Source: Carcharhinus longimanus
Taxonomy: Eukaryota
Length of the DNA: 64,000 bases
Direction: 5' to 3'
Assembly: GCA_030264375.1 (NCBI GenBank)
Contig: JASCQW010000160.1
Span: forward strand, 16,744,839-16,808,838
The first letter of the stretch is position 1; each line of letters begins with the position of its first letter. This document shows, piece after piece, positions 40,086 to 53,480 of the stretch. The notes under the pieces were generated by a model that ran no database searches, had not been told where the DNA came from, and saw only the letters and a program-made list of their open reading frames with translations. The translations under genes were made by a program, and so were the position numbers.

Positions 40086-41334
40086 TTCTATAGTTTGTGC
40101 AAAATTTCTTTACTGTGCTGTAAAACGAAGTTCTAAAACAGTCGTATACAGGAAAAATGAATGCTCACCAAGTCACACACCAGAAAATGGTAATTGTCAC
40201 TGTGAAATCACGTACATCGTAAGCTTAGATCCAGTATCTGTTCACTTTACTTATTTTTGTTCTTCCTTTAAATTAAGTGATGTTGTGTGCAGTCAAATAC
40301 TTCATACATATGGAATTAAATATTTTTGAAAAGTCTCATCTTATCTAGCTGTTCACCAGATTGAAATATTATAGCTGGAGCTTCTTCAGTGTCCTTAACC
40401 CCACCAGAGCACATCAACTGTCAGCAGAAAGCTATTTGCAGGCTGAACGCCTATTGACAAAAAATTTTTGATGGCAGGTATTATAAACAGAAGTTAAAAA
40501 CCAATCAAAATCCACAAAGGGATCTGAGTAGCAGCAGTGTGATGAGGAGAGCGATGCCCAATAGGGAAGCTGTAATATTAGATAATGCAGAAGATAAAAC
40601 ATGCATAGGCAATCGTAGCATGTAATTCTAGTCTCTGCCACATGGGACTAGTTTACATTATTAAGTGGTTGTAACGAACAGGACCGCAAGTTGTCAAACC
40701 TTCATCAGATGAATGGCCAAACTCCTAATCCCACATCTACATGGTAATGCCATTCTTCTTCCACATCATGGTGTCAATTATTTTCATAGTTTAACAAAAT
40801 ATACTTTTCGATGTGAGCAGAACGAGAGTGATGATTACTGACTCAATAGCCAGGATGCACACACAAGTTCAACCAGCAGTGCTCCCCTAAAAAGAATAAA
40901 GGTTTGTTTTATCTACTGTAAATATTCACATAAATGATAAGCAATTAATTATGCATTCAGTTTACCGATCATATTATAGATTATGTAACATTTTATATTC
41001 ATAGTATAACTGTACAATTTCAAGATACAGTTATTGCTGACATACCAGTCTTGTGATTCAAATAGACCAAAAAATAACTTCTTGGGGTGAGGGTGGATCG
41101 CAATAATGGCTTGAAAGTATTCACTCAAGAATCCTCCTTGAATGAGATGCTTTTATTTTGATGTAGCTGAATAAAATATATAGGGGAGTTTTGTTTCAAA
41201 ACTCAAAGGTTGTTTTCTTTTCAAACCATGTTTTCATTATACATCTTACTTAGCGGCAAGAATATGCAAGACATAGCAAGTTGAATATTTTGTATTGCCT
41301 GGAAAACCAGAGTAACAAGCTTGTACAATGATAC

Positions 41335-41826
41335 ATAGAAATCATAAAACCCTACAGTGCAGAAAGAGGCCCTTCGGCGCATCAAGTCTTCACAGAACAC
41401 AATGCCACCCAGGCCCTACCCCCCATATTTTACTCTCTAACCTACACATCCCTGGATATTGAGGGGCAATTTCTTAGCATGGCTAATCAACCCAACCTGC
41501 ATATCTTTGGACTGTGGGAGGAAACCGGAGTACCCGGAGGAAACCCACGCAGACACGAGGAGAACATGCAAACNNNNNNNNNNNNNNNNNNNNNNNNNNN
41601 NNNNNNNNNNNNNNNNNNNNNNNNNNNNNNNNNNNNNNNNNNNNNNNNNNNNNNNNNNNNNNNNNNNNNNNNNTTGGACTGTGGGAGGAAACCGGAGTAC
41701 CCGGAGGAAACCCACGCAGACACGAGGAGAACATGCAAACTCCACACAGATAGTGACCCGAGAATCGAACCCAGGACCCTGGAGCTGTGAAGCAGTAGCG
41801 CTAACCACTGTGCTACCGTGCCGCCC
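41335..41826 (-). mobile_element. Young HE1-type V-SINE with CR1-derived tail (spans a gap)
   Basis: CpG-rich core ggaaaccggagtacccggaggaaacccacgcagacacgaggagaacatgcaaactcc; head gctaaccactgtgctaccgtgccgccc. Confidence 0.9.
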
Positions 41827-42615
41827 GTGTTTCTATTTGAGGCATCTTTCAAAATATGTGTTAGTTTACAAGAAATTACAATAAAGCAAACAGAAGATTA
41901 GACTAATCCACAGTATGCTGAAAGCAAAATCTACATAGATAAATGGATAAGCATAGGAATAAGATAAAGCACATTATTTAAGCAAATTCAGTTTGGCACC
42001 AAAATATATTTGAGATTCCTAAGCTACGCTGAACATCAGGTACAATACTTCCTGGTATCCAAAAAAGCATGCTGTTGCACTCTAAAATTCTCAATATTAT
42101 TTCGTCACAGAGATCTAAAGAACTGAATCCAATTTTAAAATCTCTGTTAATTTTCAGGGCCTGGAGCAATGTTGGTATAAAAAAATTCCCATTCTTGGAG
42201 TGTAACAGTCAAATGAACAACAGAGTCCACAAAATTGGGCCTTAATCATAGGTTCATACAGAAAGATAGAATATATTATTGGTAAAGGGTATATCCATTC
42301 AGTACAGCTGGACGGAACTTGCTTTCAAGAGGATCAACACACGACTAAGCCATTTTATTTAAATTACTTTTCCTACAGAGGGCTAAACACCAGCATTTGT
42401 GTCACCAGCTCAGTATATGACAAACATTCAAACTTCAAAGCATTTGACTCATAAATATGACCAACGTCACAGTCCTACATATTCTGCAATATTTCATGAC
42501 AGAACAATAAGTTCAAACTGACCTAATCAAAGAGACATAAAAAGAAAGAATATGGAAGTGAAGTCAATTCATAAAGGACTCTGATAGATTGCCCCACATT
42601 GGGCACCATTATTTG

Positions 42616-42908
42616 GGCAGCACCATGGCAAACACAGCTGCCTCACAGCACCAGAGACCCGGGTCCAATTCCAGCCTTGGGTGACTGTCAGTGTGAAGTT
42701 TACATGTTCTCCCCGTGTCTGCATGCATTTCCTCCAGGTGCTCTGGTTTCCACCCAAAGATTAGGTTGAGTGGCCAAGCTAAATTGCCCCTTAGTGTCAG
42801 AGGGACTAGCAGGGTAAATACGTGGGGTTGCAGGAATACGGCCTGGGTGGGATGTTGTTGATGCAGATTTGATGGGCCAAATGGCCTCATTCTGCACTGT
42901 GATTCAAT
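42616..42908 (+). mobile_element. HE1-type V-SINE
   Basis: gctgcctcacagcaccagagacccgggtccaattccagccttggg... with CR1-like tail gatgggccaaatggcctcattctgcactgt. Confidence 0.85.
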
Positions 42909-43824
42909 GATAAGTATAGACTGCCAACTATCTGCCAAAGAACTAATATCTATCCCAGCAAAAGGCTATTGGAGTGGATGAGAATGTGACACATAAAAAA
43001 GTGCAAGCCAGAAGCAGATTAAAAAACAAATGGAAGATGACAATTTTGTAAATCTTTGTCTAATTACAGTCTGATGAAGCACTTGAGGGACTTTTCCGAA
43101 AGTATTATATAAATGCAAGTTGTTGTTGACATATCTGTCCTTTAAATTATTTGATTATATGTGATAAATCTACAGTTTTAAGATGTGATTATCTAAGACA
43201 CTGTTGCAATAAATGTCAAATTATCTTAGTCAGTATTGAAACCAATAATCTTTGTGCATTTGAGATAAGAGGGCAAAGGTACAGATGACTGAATGGATGT
43301 AACTGTCACATGTACTTGCCACTACTAATTTTATACCCTCAAAACAAATTAGGGAGAGTTTGTTCAGTGCACTGGTATAAGTGTCCCAATGGCTTGTTTA
43401 GAAATAAAACTAAATTGAAGTTGTCCTTCAAAATGTGCAATTTTCAGAAGAATATGGCAAGCAATGCAGCTGAAATTTCTGTGGCAAGCAAAATGGAATA
43501 ACTTGCAGAGAAATCACATTACTGATGACAGGCTAAGATTCGGAGGTGACTAATTAGATTTTTTTGTACAGAGCATCCCCTCTTAAAACACTTATTTCTT
43601 AAAAGTTATTCCTTATATGAAGAGCTTCCAATCTCATTTGAGTCAACAAAAACAAGATGGCAGTCAAGATGGGAAATTGGAGGATGAATATTGTTTTTTA
43701 CCATATCATCCAAAAAGAAAGAAACATGCATTTATAAAGCAAAAATAAACCTAATCTCACTAACTTCCACTTGTCAATTATAATTTTAAGGTTTATTAAC
43801 GTCAATCATATTGTTAAGGGATGA

Positions 43825-43984
43825 GGTGGAGATGCTGGTTTTGGATTGGGATGGGCACAGTAAAAAGTCTCACAACACCAGTTACAGTCCAACAGGTTTA
43901 TTTGAAATCACGAGTTTTTGGAGCGCTGCTCCTTCATCAGGTGAGTGATTCACCTGATGAAGGAATAGCGCTCCGAAAACTCGT
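43825..43984. mobile_element. Penelope-derived repeat ending in an inverted pair of hammerhead-ribozyme cores
   Basis: 35-bp inverted arms 43910-43944 / 43950-43984, each reading tcac-CTGATGA-a-gga(gc/at)agcgctcc-(g/a)aaa-actc-gt. Confidence 0.75.
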
Positions 43985-45121
43985 AAGGGTAACAACATTA
44001 TACAAGGTTGATGTGAGATGGTGCTGGAGATCTTTACATTCTGCTGACGTTAACTATAGCCACCTCTTGGTACATCCCAGGCCAGAAGCCATGTTGACCA
44101 GAGAGCCAGAATACAGAAGACTCACTGCCAGGGACATGAATTTGCTTCAGCCACTCTGGTTTACTCAGTCTGGCATTTGGGCACAATCTAGCTGGGCTAA
44201 GGTCTAGGGTTTTTCAGTATTTGCCAGCTAGCAAACCCTGGAAAGAAGACCTGAAAAAACCCTTGAAGTCCAGGGGACATGCGGCATCAATAGAATAGCA
44301 ACTCTGCACCATCAAAAAAGAGCAGAACCAAGATTTAGGATCCATTAGTTTTGTCAAGCTAGTCCATAGCCATGGTCTTTGTTTCATGTCACACAAGTGA
44401 GGTTTAGTTTAAAAAGGAATTTTAAAAGTAAAACACAGTGGAGCTATGGCAAAGGTGCAGGTGAACAAAGTGATGCTGCTGGGCATCTTGGTGCCATTTT
44501 TAGTTGGTAATCAACTTTGAATATATCAAAGATCTGGCCAAAGAATTGGAATCAAAAATTATTTATACAGGTTAACCAAACCCAAGTCTTGGACTTTGTA
44601 TTTGAGATCTGTTCTTGCATTCTAATGAGGCAATGCTCTTATCCCAGATGTCAATAAAATAGCGGTTGTTTTGATAACCGGCACTTAACAAAGATTCAGA
44701 ATACATCAGGATCGGGTATTATTCTAAATAACAAATACTTTGGCTGGAGCTGCATGAAAATCCTCCTGTGAAACAGATTTCACTAAGCTATAGGTATTAA
44801 GGAATCTTAATATAGTGTTCATTGCAATTGGCCCTTTCCATATCCATTTCCTCAATTAAATCATTTTTTCACTTTCACAGTACTGTCAGCTTCTCCCTCT
44901 CTCCCCATTTGCCACTAAAAACATAACTTACATTTTTAACACTGCACAGCAGGACTTCTCTAATACTTCATTTTCTTACTTATCATTTCCATCAGCTATT
45001 AACTACAAGTCATTCAGAATGTCTTGACTATCACACATCACATCAGGATGTCTTGATTGACAGCAAGTGTAAACTGTTAGTTCTTTTACTCCCTTTCCCT
45101 ATTCAGGATCATTAAAATAGT

Positions 45122-45530
45122 TAACATAAGAACATAAGAAATAGGAGCAGGAGTAGGCCATCTAGCCCGTTGAGCCTGTCCCGCCATTCAATAAGATCAT
45201 GGCTGATCTGAAGTGGATCAGTTCCACTTTCCTGCTTTCTCCCCATAANNNNNNNNNNNNNNNNNNNNNNNNNNNNNNNNNNNNNNNNNNNNNNNNNNNN
45301 NNNNNNNNNNNNNNNNNNNNNNNNNNNNNNNNNNNNNNNNNNNNNNNNCCTGCAGACTGCATTTTTGCGACTCATGCACAAGGACCCCCAGGTCCCTCTG
45401 CACCGTAGCATGCTGCAGCTTTTCGCCTTTGAAGTAATACTATTATTCCTACTATTATTTCTACCAAAGTGGACAACCTCGTACTTGCTAACATTATACT
45501 CCATCTGCCAGGTCCTCGTCCACTCGCTCA
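45122..45530 (-). mobile_element. CR1 LINE 3' part across a gap
   Basis: WTRTWQMEYNVSKYEVVHFGR; reverse tail aacataagaacataagaaataggagcaggagtaggcc. Confidence 0.9.
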
Positions 45531-45954
45531 CCCCTCACAAGAAGATTCCTAATTCTACCTGTCTCGTTACACAACACCAGGTCTAAGATAACTCGCTCCT
45601 TGCTTTCCTTGTGAAGCCTTCCTTGCATGTCAAACTCCCTTTAAGCGGTATTTTCCCTTTTCTTCTTGTATGTAAACAATAAGCTGATGCTAAGGGAAAT
45701 CTAACAAGCAGCAAATATGCACTAAAGATATAAAACATCAATGGTTTGAAGCTTTTGCATTTAGCAAATACAAATGTGATGTTCAGATTACAAAATTCAA
45801 AGGCATTCATCCCAAAGGAGGTTCCCTGACTTACTGAATTGGACTGACAGATTGAATCAATACTGCTAGCCCACCTACCTCCAGCATTGCAAATGTTACA
45901 CTTTGGTTTAATTTATAGGGTCAGGCAGAGATAAGCCCAGCAGTTAGACAGCAA

Positions 45955-47205
45955 ATTTAAACTCAGTGGTGGGAAAGATTTTAGAAACAATAATCTGAGG
46001 CAAAATTATCACTTGGACAACTGTGGCTTTTTTTTTAAGGGAAGCAAGCATGTATTTGCTAAAGGCAACTCACGTTTAATTAATTTGAATTATGTAACAG
46101 AGAGGGCTGATGAGGGCAATAAGATGGTGTACACAAATTTCCAAAATGTATTTTATAAAATGACACATAGCAGACTTTTCAGCAAAACTAAAGCTCATAG
46201 AATAAAAGGTAGAGCGGTAGCATGTATACAAAGTTAAGTGAATGGCAGGAGACAGAGGTCCCCCGGGATCAGTTATAGAATCTGCGCCTTTCCTGATCTA
46301 TGTTGGATGCAGACAGCACATTTCAAAATTTGCAGATGGCACAAAACTTGATATTGTGTACTAAGAAGAAGATAGTGATAAACTTCAGGAGGAAATAGAA
46401 CGGCTGGTGAAATTGGTAGAAACATAAACAAAATTTAATGCAGAGAAGTGTGAAATGATACATTTTGGAAGGAATAAAGGCAATACAAAAAAAGAGAAAA
46501 TTCTGAAGGGAATGTGGGAGCAGAGGAACCTGAGGGGTATATGTGCACAATTTAAAGGTGAAAGGGCAGGCTGTGAGTAGTAAATAGGGCTTACAGGGGC
46601 TTGCATTTTAATAAAACGAAGGCATAGAATAGGAGGTTTTGGTGAACCTCCATAAAATAGCAGTTCACTCTCAATTGGAAGAACTTGTCCAATTCTAGGC
46701 ACCGCGCTTAAGGAAATATGTGAAGGTACAAGAGATGATGCAGAAAAGATTTATAAGAATGGTTCCAGGGATGAAGAAGATTAGTCATGTGGACAAATGA
46801 GATGAACTGGAGTTGTTCCACTTAGACAAGATTGAGAGATCTGATAGGGATGTTCTGAATGTGATGTCTGAACACCGCAGATAGGGAGAAACTGTTCCCT
46901 TTGACAGAAGACAGAAGAGCTGAGAACTAGAAGGCATCTATTTAAAGTAAAAAAAAACAAAAGTGTATACAAGGAAAGTTATTTTTAAGCAATGAACAGT
47001 TAGGATTTGGATGCACTACTTGAGTGTGTGGTGCAGGCAGATACAATCAAGCTTCCAAGAGGGAGTTGGTTAAGCACCTACACAGACAAAAACATACCAG
47101 GAAATGGAAAAGGGTGGGGAGCAGGATCAGCCTAGCTGTTCTTTCAGAGAGTCAGCAAGGCTACAAGGTCTCTTTATGTGCTGCAACCATTATATGATTC
47201 TATGA
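45955..47205 (+). mobile_element. Decayed CR1 LINE RT to 3' end
   Basis: KGNSRLINL, SKFADGTKL and FNAEKCEMIHFGR motifs; tail tatgattctatga. Confidence 0.8.
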
Positions 47206-48407
47206 TATTGTGTGTGAAAGCAGTAGCAATCTTCCAAATTATAAACTGCAAAATAAACACACAAAGGCATCATCAGAAAATTCAGCAGAACTTAATAGTT
47301 TAAACTGATTACAATAAATAAATACAAAAGCCATCATAAATATCAGAAGATGCTAACTCACATATATTCATTTGCAGAGATTGCAATAGTACTGTTATTC
47401 TCATGAGCATCACCCAAACACTGTATCCCTTTTAGTGTTACTCCTGACGTAAACACAGCAAATTTTGCTCCATTTTGTCCTGGTGAAGGCTGAAAGTAAA
47501 CGCACAGTTCCTATGCAAATTTCAATATGCGTAATAGGTGAAGGTTCTGAAAATAAGCTATTTAAACCATAATAGGCCTGTAATCAGAAACACTATTGCA
47601 AATCACTCAGTACTATCACTGTGCTTTCAGCTGTTTTGCCCTGAAAGATTTGTCTGCTGGTTGCTGAGTCTCACAGCTGAGCATGTTTGCTTCCAATCTG
47701 CTCCCTTGGTGACAATTTTGCTGCGTGGGCATGTGTCAAAGCAAACAACAAGCCTCATCCACTTCCCCACCTGATCCTGTTCTCCCATCTGCTCCAGCTA
47801 CAACTACGGACCATGTATAAATCTTCTCCTTCCCCAACTTGGCATTTAAGGAAAGTTTGGACAAAGTCTAAAGTTCGCCCTCGTGGATTGGTGCCATGAA
47901 TGGCTGATAGGATCTTATTTGTGTCATTTCACACAATGGGAAATCATTATCTGAGGTAATTATTCTGAAAGGACTAGGACATTGCATGGCAGATTATGAC
48001 CAGATATTGATTAGCAAGCTGATAGGTCTGCCATTATAGAGAAAAATCTTCTCAAAAATATCATTCATGTTTGGAACAACCTTTTTACAATGGGTCACAA
48101 ATACTGAAAATAATATAACTGAAGATAATAAAAGTTAATAGCCTAAACCTGATAGCAATTGTTGGGATAACAAGTTTGACATTAACTGTAGCTTTTAGAG
48201 AGTATAACCTGTGTGCTAATTCTGAACATAATGCAAGGAGGACAACTGGAGCAATCAACTGACATCCAGACCAACATCTAATTGCAAATTAAATCCGAAA
48301 ATTTTTCATTAAGTGGCATGCAGCAGTCAGACCTCACTTTACTCATGACTGTGAGGTGAATGCAACATTCATAGACTACCTGCCACAGCGCTGTGCCAGC
48401 CTCGATG

Positions 48408-48941
48408 CAATTGGAGTTCTATGAGGATGTGTCTAATGCGGTGGATAGAGGGGAACCGGTGGATGTGGTGTTTCTCGATTTTCAGAAGGTGTTTGATAAG
48501 GTGCCGCACAAAANNNNNNNNNNNNNNNNNNNNNNNNNNNNNNNNNNNNNNNNNNNNNNNNNNNNNNNNNNNNNNNNNNNNNNNNNNNNNNNNNNNNNNN
48601 NNNNNNNNNNNNNNNNNNNNNNNNNNNNNNNNNNNNNNNNNNNNNNNNNNNNNNNNNNNNNNNNNNNNNNNNNNNNNNNNNNNNNNNNNNNNNNNNNNNN
48701 NNNNNNNNNNNNNNNNNNNNNNNNNNNNNNNNNNNNNNNNNNNNNNNNNNNNNNNNNNNNNNNNNNNNNNNNNNNNNNNNNNNNNNNNNNNNNNNNNNNN
48801 NNNNNNNNNNNNNNNNNNNNNNNNNNNNNNNNNNNNNNNNNNNNNNNNNNNNNNNNNNNNNNNNNNNNTGATCTTACTGAATGGCGGGGCAGGCTCGAAG
48901 GGCTAGATGGCCTACTCCTGCTCCTATTTCTTATGTTCTTA
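48408..48941 (+). mobile_element. Young CR1 LINE (mostly gap)
   Basis: LEFYEDVSNAVDRGEPVDVVFLDFQKVFDKVPHK followed by the CR1 tail after the gap. Confidence 0.9.
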
Positions 48942-50274
48942 TTAGCGAAATACCACACAGCTGGGACTATAGAATTGGCCTGCTTCCAGTGGGGGCCTTG
49001 TTAGTCCACAACTGTGCAGTGGTATTTAGGCATGGCTAAACATTCAAAGATCAGTGTTTCATGTGGATTTGAGTGGGGAAAAGGAGAATGGACTCGTGAG
49101 AGAACAAAGGGGCAGGAAGGCATTGCAAAAGGTTTTGGGAAACACAAGAGGGCCAAAGGGGCAGAAAGGCAATGTAAGGAGTTAGAAGATGGGGGGGAGT
49201 ACTTAGGGGAAAGGGGACAGGAAGGCACTGCAAGGGGCTGGGTGGAAGGGGCAATGATGGTAGATTGAAGGGCAGGAAGGCTTTGTAATAATTGGTGGAG
49301 GAGCAGGAACATTATCAAGAAGAGGAGAGATCGAGATATGGGAAGCTGGAACTCAACAAGGAAATCTGAAACACTGACAAACAAGGGGCTGAATGGGATA
49401 CCACATATAGGAATGGGAGGCAATACATGCAGAGTCCAGAACATCAAAGTGGGGGAGGGGTTGTTAGTGTGGCACAACAGTGATGGATTAATCTGAGACT
49501 CGGGAAAGGGAAAGACATCAAGGGATTGAGGGATGGAGCTGGGAAGGGAAGACAGTGTAGTGTTCAGTCCTGAGGTCAAAGGGAAACTCATTGAAAGCCA
49601 AAGTTCTTGGTCTGCAGTTAGCAAGTTGGAGTCAGAGAGTAAGACATTCTTTGGGTTCTGTGGATTTCACAGCTAAGAGTAAAACAGTTGCAACAGGTGT
49701 AACAGGCTTTCCTACAGGGCCATGCATGGCATACACACTGTACTCCCACTTCAGGAAGGAGCAAGGGCTGTGTGCTCCATTGGGATAGCACATAGGTTGG
49801 CATGCAGGACATTGTCAGTTGCTGTCCCTGGGTTTGGTCATCTCTACATTGGCTGAAGATGGGATGTTAACAGTCATTGGAGGCATCTTCCACCTATATT
49901 TGGGGGAAACATTTTATGGGGGGGGAGGGGGTGGAGGATATGAAGCTTCCATCGGATGGGGGCAGCCAGAGGGGCCTGGTCTCCTCTATAGGTGATCGTA
50001 CATATAGCCTCTAGATGGGGAGGATGGAGGTCCACTTAAGGCTCAGCGGGGTTCGACAAGATTGCTGATGACTCAACAACAACGGACTCCAGTATTACTA
50101 TGGGACATTGGAAAATAACAGGAGGAAGCTCTATCTTAACATCATGAGAGCGGGAGCACCAAAACTGTTCTTGAACCATTATCTTACACACTCAAACTAC
50201 TGTCAGGGAGTTCTAAATCCAAAGTAGAAGTGAATCTAGACAGGAAAGGTTTGAAGCAGTATGGGAGGAGCTTA

Positions 50275-51764
50275 CTTCTGGACTAAGAGGCCCTTTGTAG
50301 GGGCACCCTATAACTTGTTTGTGCCACAACATTAAAATGGAGCAGCACTAAGAAAAAGATCTCGAGAAGCCAGCCATTCAAACCCATGTATTCTTTCATG
50401 CTGTAATAGGGAAATGTAGGAGTCACTGGCTTAACGTCATAGTCACTGCATTTCAACAATGAAACACAAGAAGTGAAATTTGTGAATGTAGGCAACCATT
50501 AAGGAGGCACAGATTCTTTCTATGTGGCATACCTTCAATGAAAGGCTTTCATGTGATTTTCAGAATTGACATTCGTAACAGGCCAAAGGGCAGTCAATTA
50601 TTAATCATGAGCAACTTATTGTTAATTAGTATGCCAGATCTGAGATTGGCGCATTGATCTAGGTCATGTTGCACAATTCATTCAGACCTTCTCCAACCAC
50701 TGTGCAATTCAGATGTCAAGTCTCAGGGATGCTCTCTTATGTCTGATGTATCTGTTAATGCCTCAGATGCTAAGTTGCATCTACGAAAAGACTAGAGGAC
50801 TATAAACCTAACATTTGCTATTGATTGAAGATTGTGAACTTCAAGATGTTCAACTGTTATTCATTAATCCATTCAACCTATTATTTCAGACAGAAGGATA
50901 AAAAAATTATGGATCCAGAACTCATTGCTATGTTTTTAAGGGATCTAGTATAATGGAGGAAAAGAAGGGGAAGGTGATGACAAACGCAGTTTCAGGAGGA
51001 GGCCCTGTCGGAGATCCAGAGTGTAAGGGAGCCATAACATGAGTATGAGGATGAGGAAGATAGACCCAAAGCACGGAGGTGGCTCATTACAACTAGGGTA
51101 TACCGAAGAAAACTCTACTGTTCATAGAAAAATAGGAGACAATTTTGTGCATGTCTATGCTTGTCCCAAGCTCTGGTAGATCACATCTGCCACATTCTTC
51201 ACGAGGAGGTAGTAACACTCTGCAGAGTTGACAGCTATCCCTGCCTGTGGCCTCAACAGTGACCGCCATGCTCAATTTCTTTGCCTGTGGATCGTTCTAC
51301 AAATCCAAAGGAAATCTGTGCGCATCTCACATTGATGCACCATGAAAGCCTTGTGATTATGCACATATGAACCCTCATATTTCTTAGCACCATCCCACTC
51401 AGTGGTAGCCTCCCTTTGTGACATGTTTGTGTGTGTCCTGGAAACATCTAGGCTAGGGAGACATCACGAATGTCAATTCTGGAAATCACATGAAAGCCTT
51501 TCATTGAAGGTATGCCACATAGAAAGAATCTGTGCCTCCTTAATGGCTGCCTACATTCACAAATTTCACTTCTTGTGTTTCAATGTTGAAATGCAGTGAC
51601 TATGACGTTAAGCTAGTGACTCCTACATTTCCCTATTACAGCATGAAAGAATACATGGGTTTGAATGGCTAGCTTCTCGAGATCTTTTTCTCAGCGCTGC
51701 TCCATTTTAATGTAACACAAACAAGTTATAGGGTGCCCCTACAAAGGGCCCCTTAGTCCAGAAG
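50275..51764. repeat. Long inverted repeat: arms 50275-50576 and 51466-51764, 889-bp spacer
   Basis: The arms are reverse complements over about 300 bp. By hand I count about 10 substitutions and one short indel. Confidence 0.95.
51095..51335 (+). mobile_element. Decayed PIF/Harbinger transposase N-terminal fragment
   Basis: RVYRRKLYCS*KNRRQFCACLCLSQALVDHICHILHEE, then a frameshift, then SLPVASTVTAMLNFFACGSFYKSKGNLC. This resembles the HARBI1/Harbinger helix-turn-helix region (L-x-F-x-x-x-G-S-F...G-D-x-x-G-I-S). Confidence 0.7.
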
Positions 51765-53034
51765 CATCAACCATGTTGGGTAATGGCAGAGTCGACAAAT
51801 CAATTGCTAATCTGCCAGGTGATTTGGAGGGGTGCTCACCTGTGCATAATTAATGAGCTTCCAAACATGGAATTGGGTGCGACTTCCTGCCATTCCAATC
51901 AGTGGGAAATATGCCGTGGAGCCGGCAGCCACCTCACCTAGGTTCAAAACGAAAAAATGAGCTTGTTGTTTTATCTACTGAGCTAATGGGACAGCTGATA
52001 AGAACAATCTGTTTTTATGTCTCAGTCACCAAGCTTGCTGAGTTCAATTAAAAAACAACTTTAATTATTGAAAATCTATTTGATCATGGTACATTAAAAA
52101 TGAAATCAAAATTAGTGTCTTCGGGGGTTTCCACAAAATAAAACTGTGCATCATCAATCAAGCAATTCAGTGAAATAAGATGCCAAGATCAGCATGCCCT
52201 TCTGCATCAGAAACTACTTACACATCACTGAACATAAAATGGAATGACTCCACATATTATTTTAAGAATGATAAATGGCTTCTTCATGAAAAGCAATTTA
52301 TTCAACCATGATTGCAATGAGAGGCTGCCATCATTTCAGACACCTGATCACACTGCGGTTTTGAAACTAGAATGGCTGTGAAGCTGACTGTTCCAAAAGT
52401 GAACTACAAGCAGCCTCAGTTCATGCCCAAGCTGTTTGGCATTAGAACATCATTTTCAGCAGTCCTTGGCTCTGTCACAATTGTAAATTTGTTTGCATTC
52501 CAGATTCCAAATGCCAGAAATGTGTTATATAATATAAGAGTATGACTGAATTGCTGCCTAAGGAATTTGGGTTTGGTGTCCTTATGTACTCTATTTGCTT
52601 TTTTTTAAATAACCACAATCAGCAAGCTGTCGAAAAGTATGTATTGTATTTCTAGTGCTGCAATTTCAATATGCAAAATATCAAGAAATGAGCTTAATAG
52701 ATCCATTTGAGATTAATGACTTAATAACACTTTTGAGCAAGGGAACAGCACTGTTTGGCCCATTTAATTCATCGAAGTACGATACCAGAAAACTACAGCA
52801 TCATTCTACAGACTTTATACGGATGAAACACGGACTTTGCTATGCCATTGGTAGATTACACCAGTCTAGGAGAATAGTGTGTGGGCCTAAAAAATCCAAC
52901 TTTTACCTAGTGCAAACAATTTGCGATTCTCCTCACCCCTTCCTAAGGGCACAAACTGGATCACACCCAGAAATGGTGCAAGTCCAATTAACATATTTAA
53001 AGTAGCATTCAAATATGCATTGCCTGTTCAAATG

Positions 53035-53480
53035 GGGAAGTAATGGCCTAGTGGTATTATGACTGGACTATTATTCAGAAGCTCGGCTAATTTTCTGGGT
53101 TCAAATCCTCCCCCACGGCAGTATGTGATATTTAAAGTCAATAATAAAAAAAAAAATCGGGGTTAAGAATCTACCGATCACCATGAACCCATCTGGTTCA
53201 CTAATATCCTTTAGGGAAGGAAATCTGCTGTCCTTACCTGGTTTGGCCTACATGCGACTCCAGAGCCACAGCAATGTNNNNNNNNNNNNNNNNNNNNNNN
53301 NNNNNNNNNNNNNNNNNNNNNNNNNNNNNNNNNNNNNNNNNNNNNNNNNNNNNNNNNNNNNNNNNNNNNNNNNNNNNTCCTTTAGGGAAGGAAATCTGCT
53401 GTCCTTACCTGGTTTGGCCTACATGCGACTCCAGAGCCACAGCAATGTGGTTGATGCTCAACTGCCCTTGGGCAACTGAA
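53035..53480 (+). mobile_element. tRNA-derived SINE (same family as 27117-27460), spans a gap
   Basis: tggcctagtggtatt, gggttcaaatcc, ggttcactaatatcctttagggaaggaaatctgctgtccttacctgg. Confidence 0.8.

Noticed and set aside
41507-41740. Identical roughly 67-bp direct repeat either side of an N gap
   Set aside because: Overlapping contig ends within one SINE; typical scaffolding artefact.
49001-49624. 207-aa minus-strand ORF
   Set aside because: Pro/Ser/Leu-rich translation of a purine-biased tract, with no recognisable domain or splice structure. Possibly decayed transposon DNA.
50538-50576. MKGFHV... resembling the GRAMD1B short-isoform start MKGFKLSC or the Harbinger motif KGFHS
   Set aside because: Only a four-residue match with no splice donor. 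The minus-strand copy lies upstream of the long-isoform exon, the wrong position as I recall the gene structure.
53207-53447. Identical roughly 70-bp direct repeat either side of an N gap
   Set aside because: Same gap-flank duplication artefact inside a SINE.
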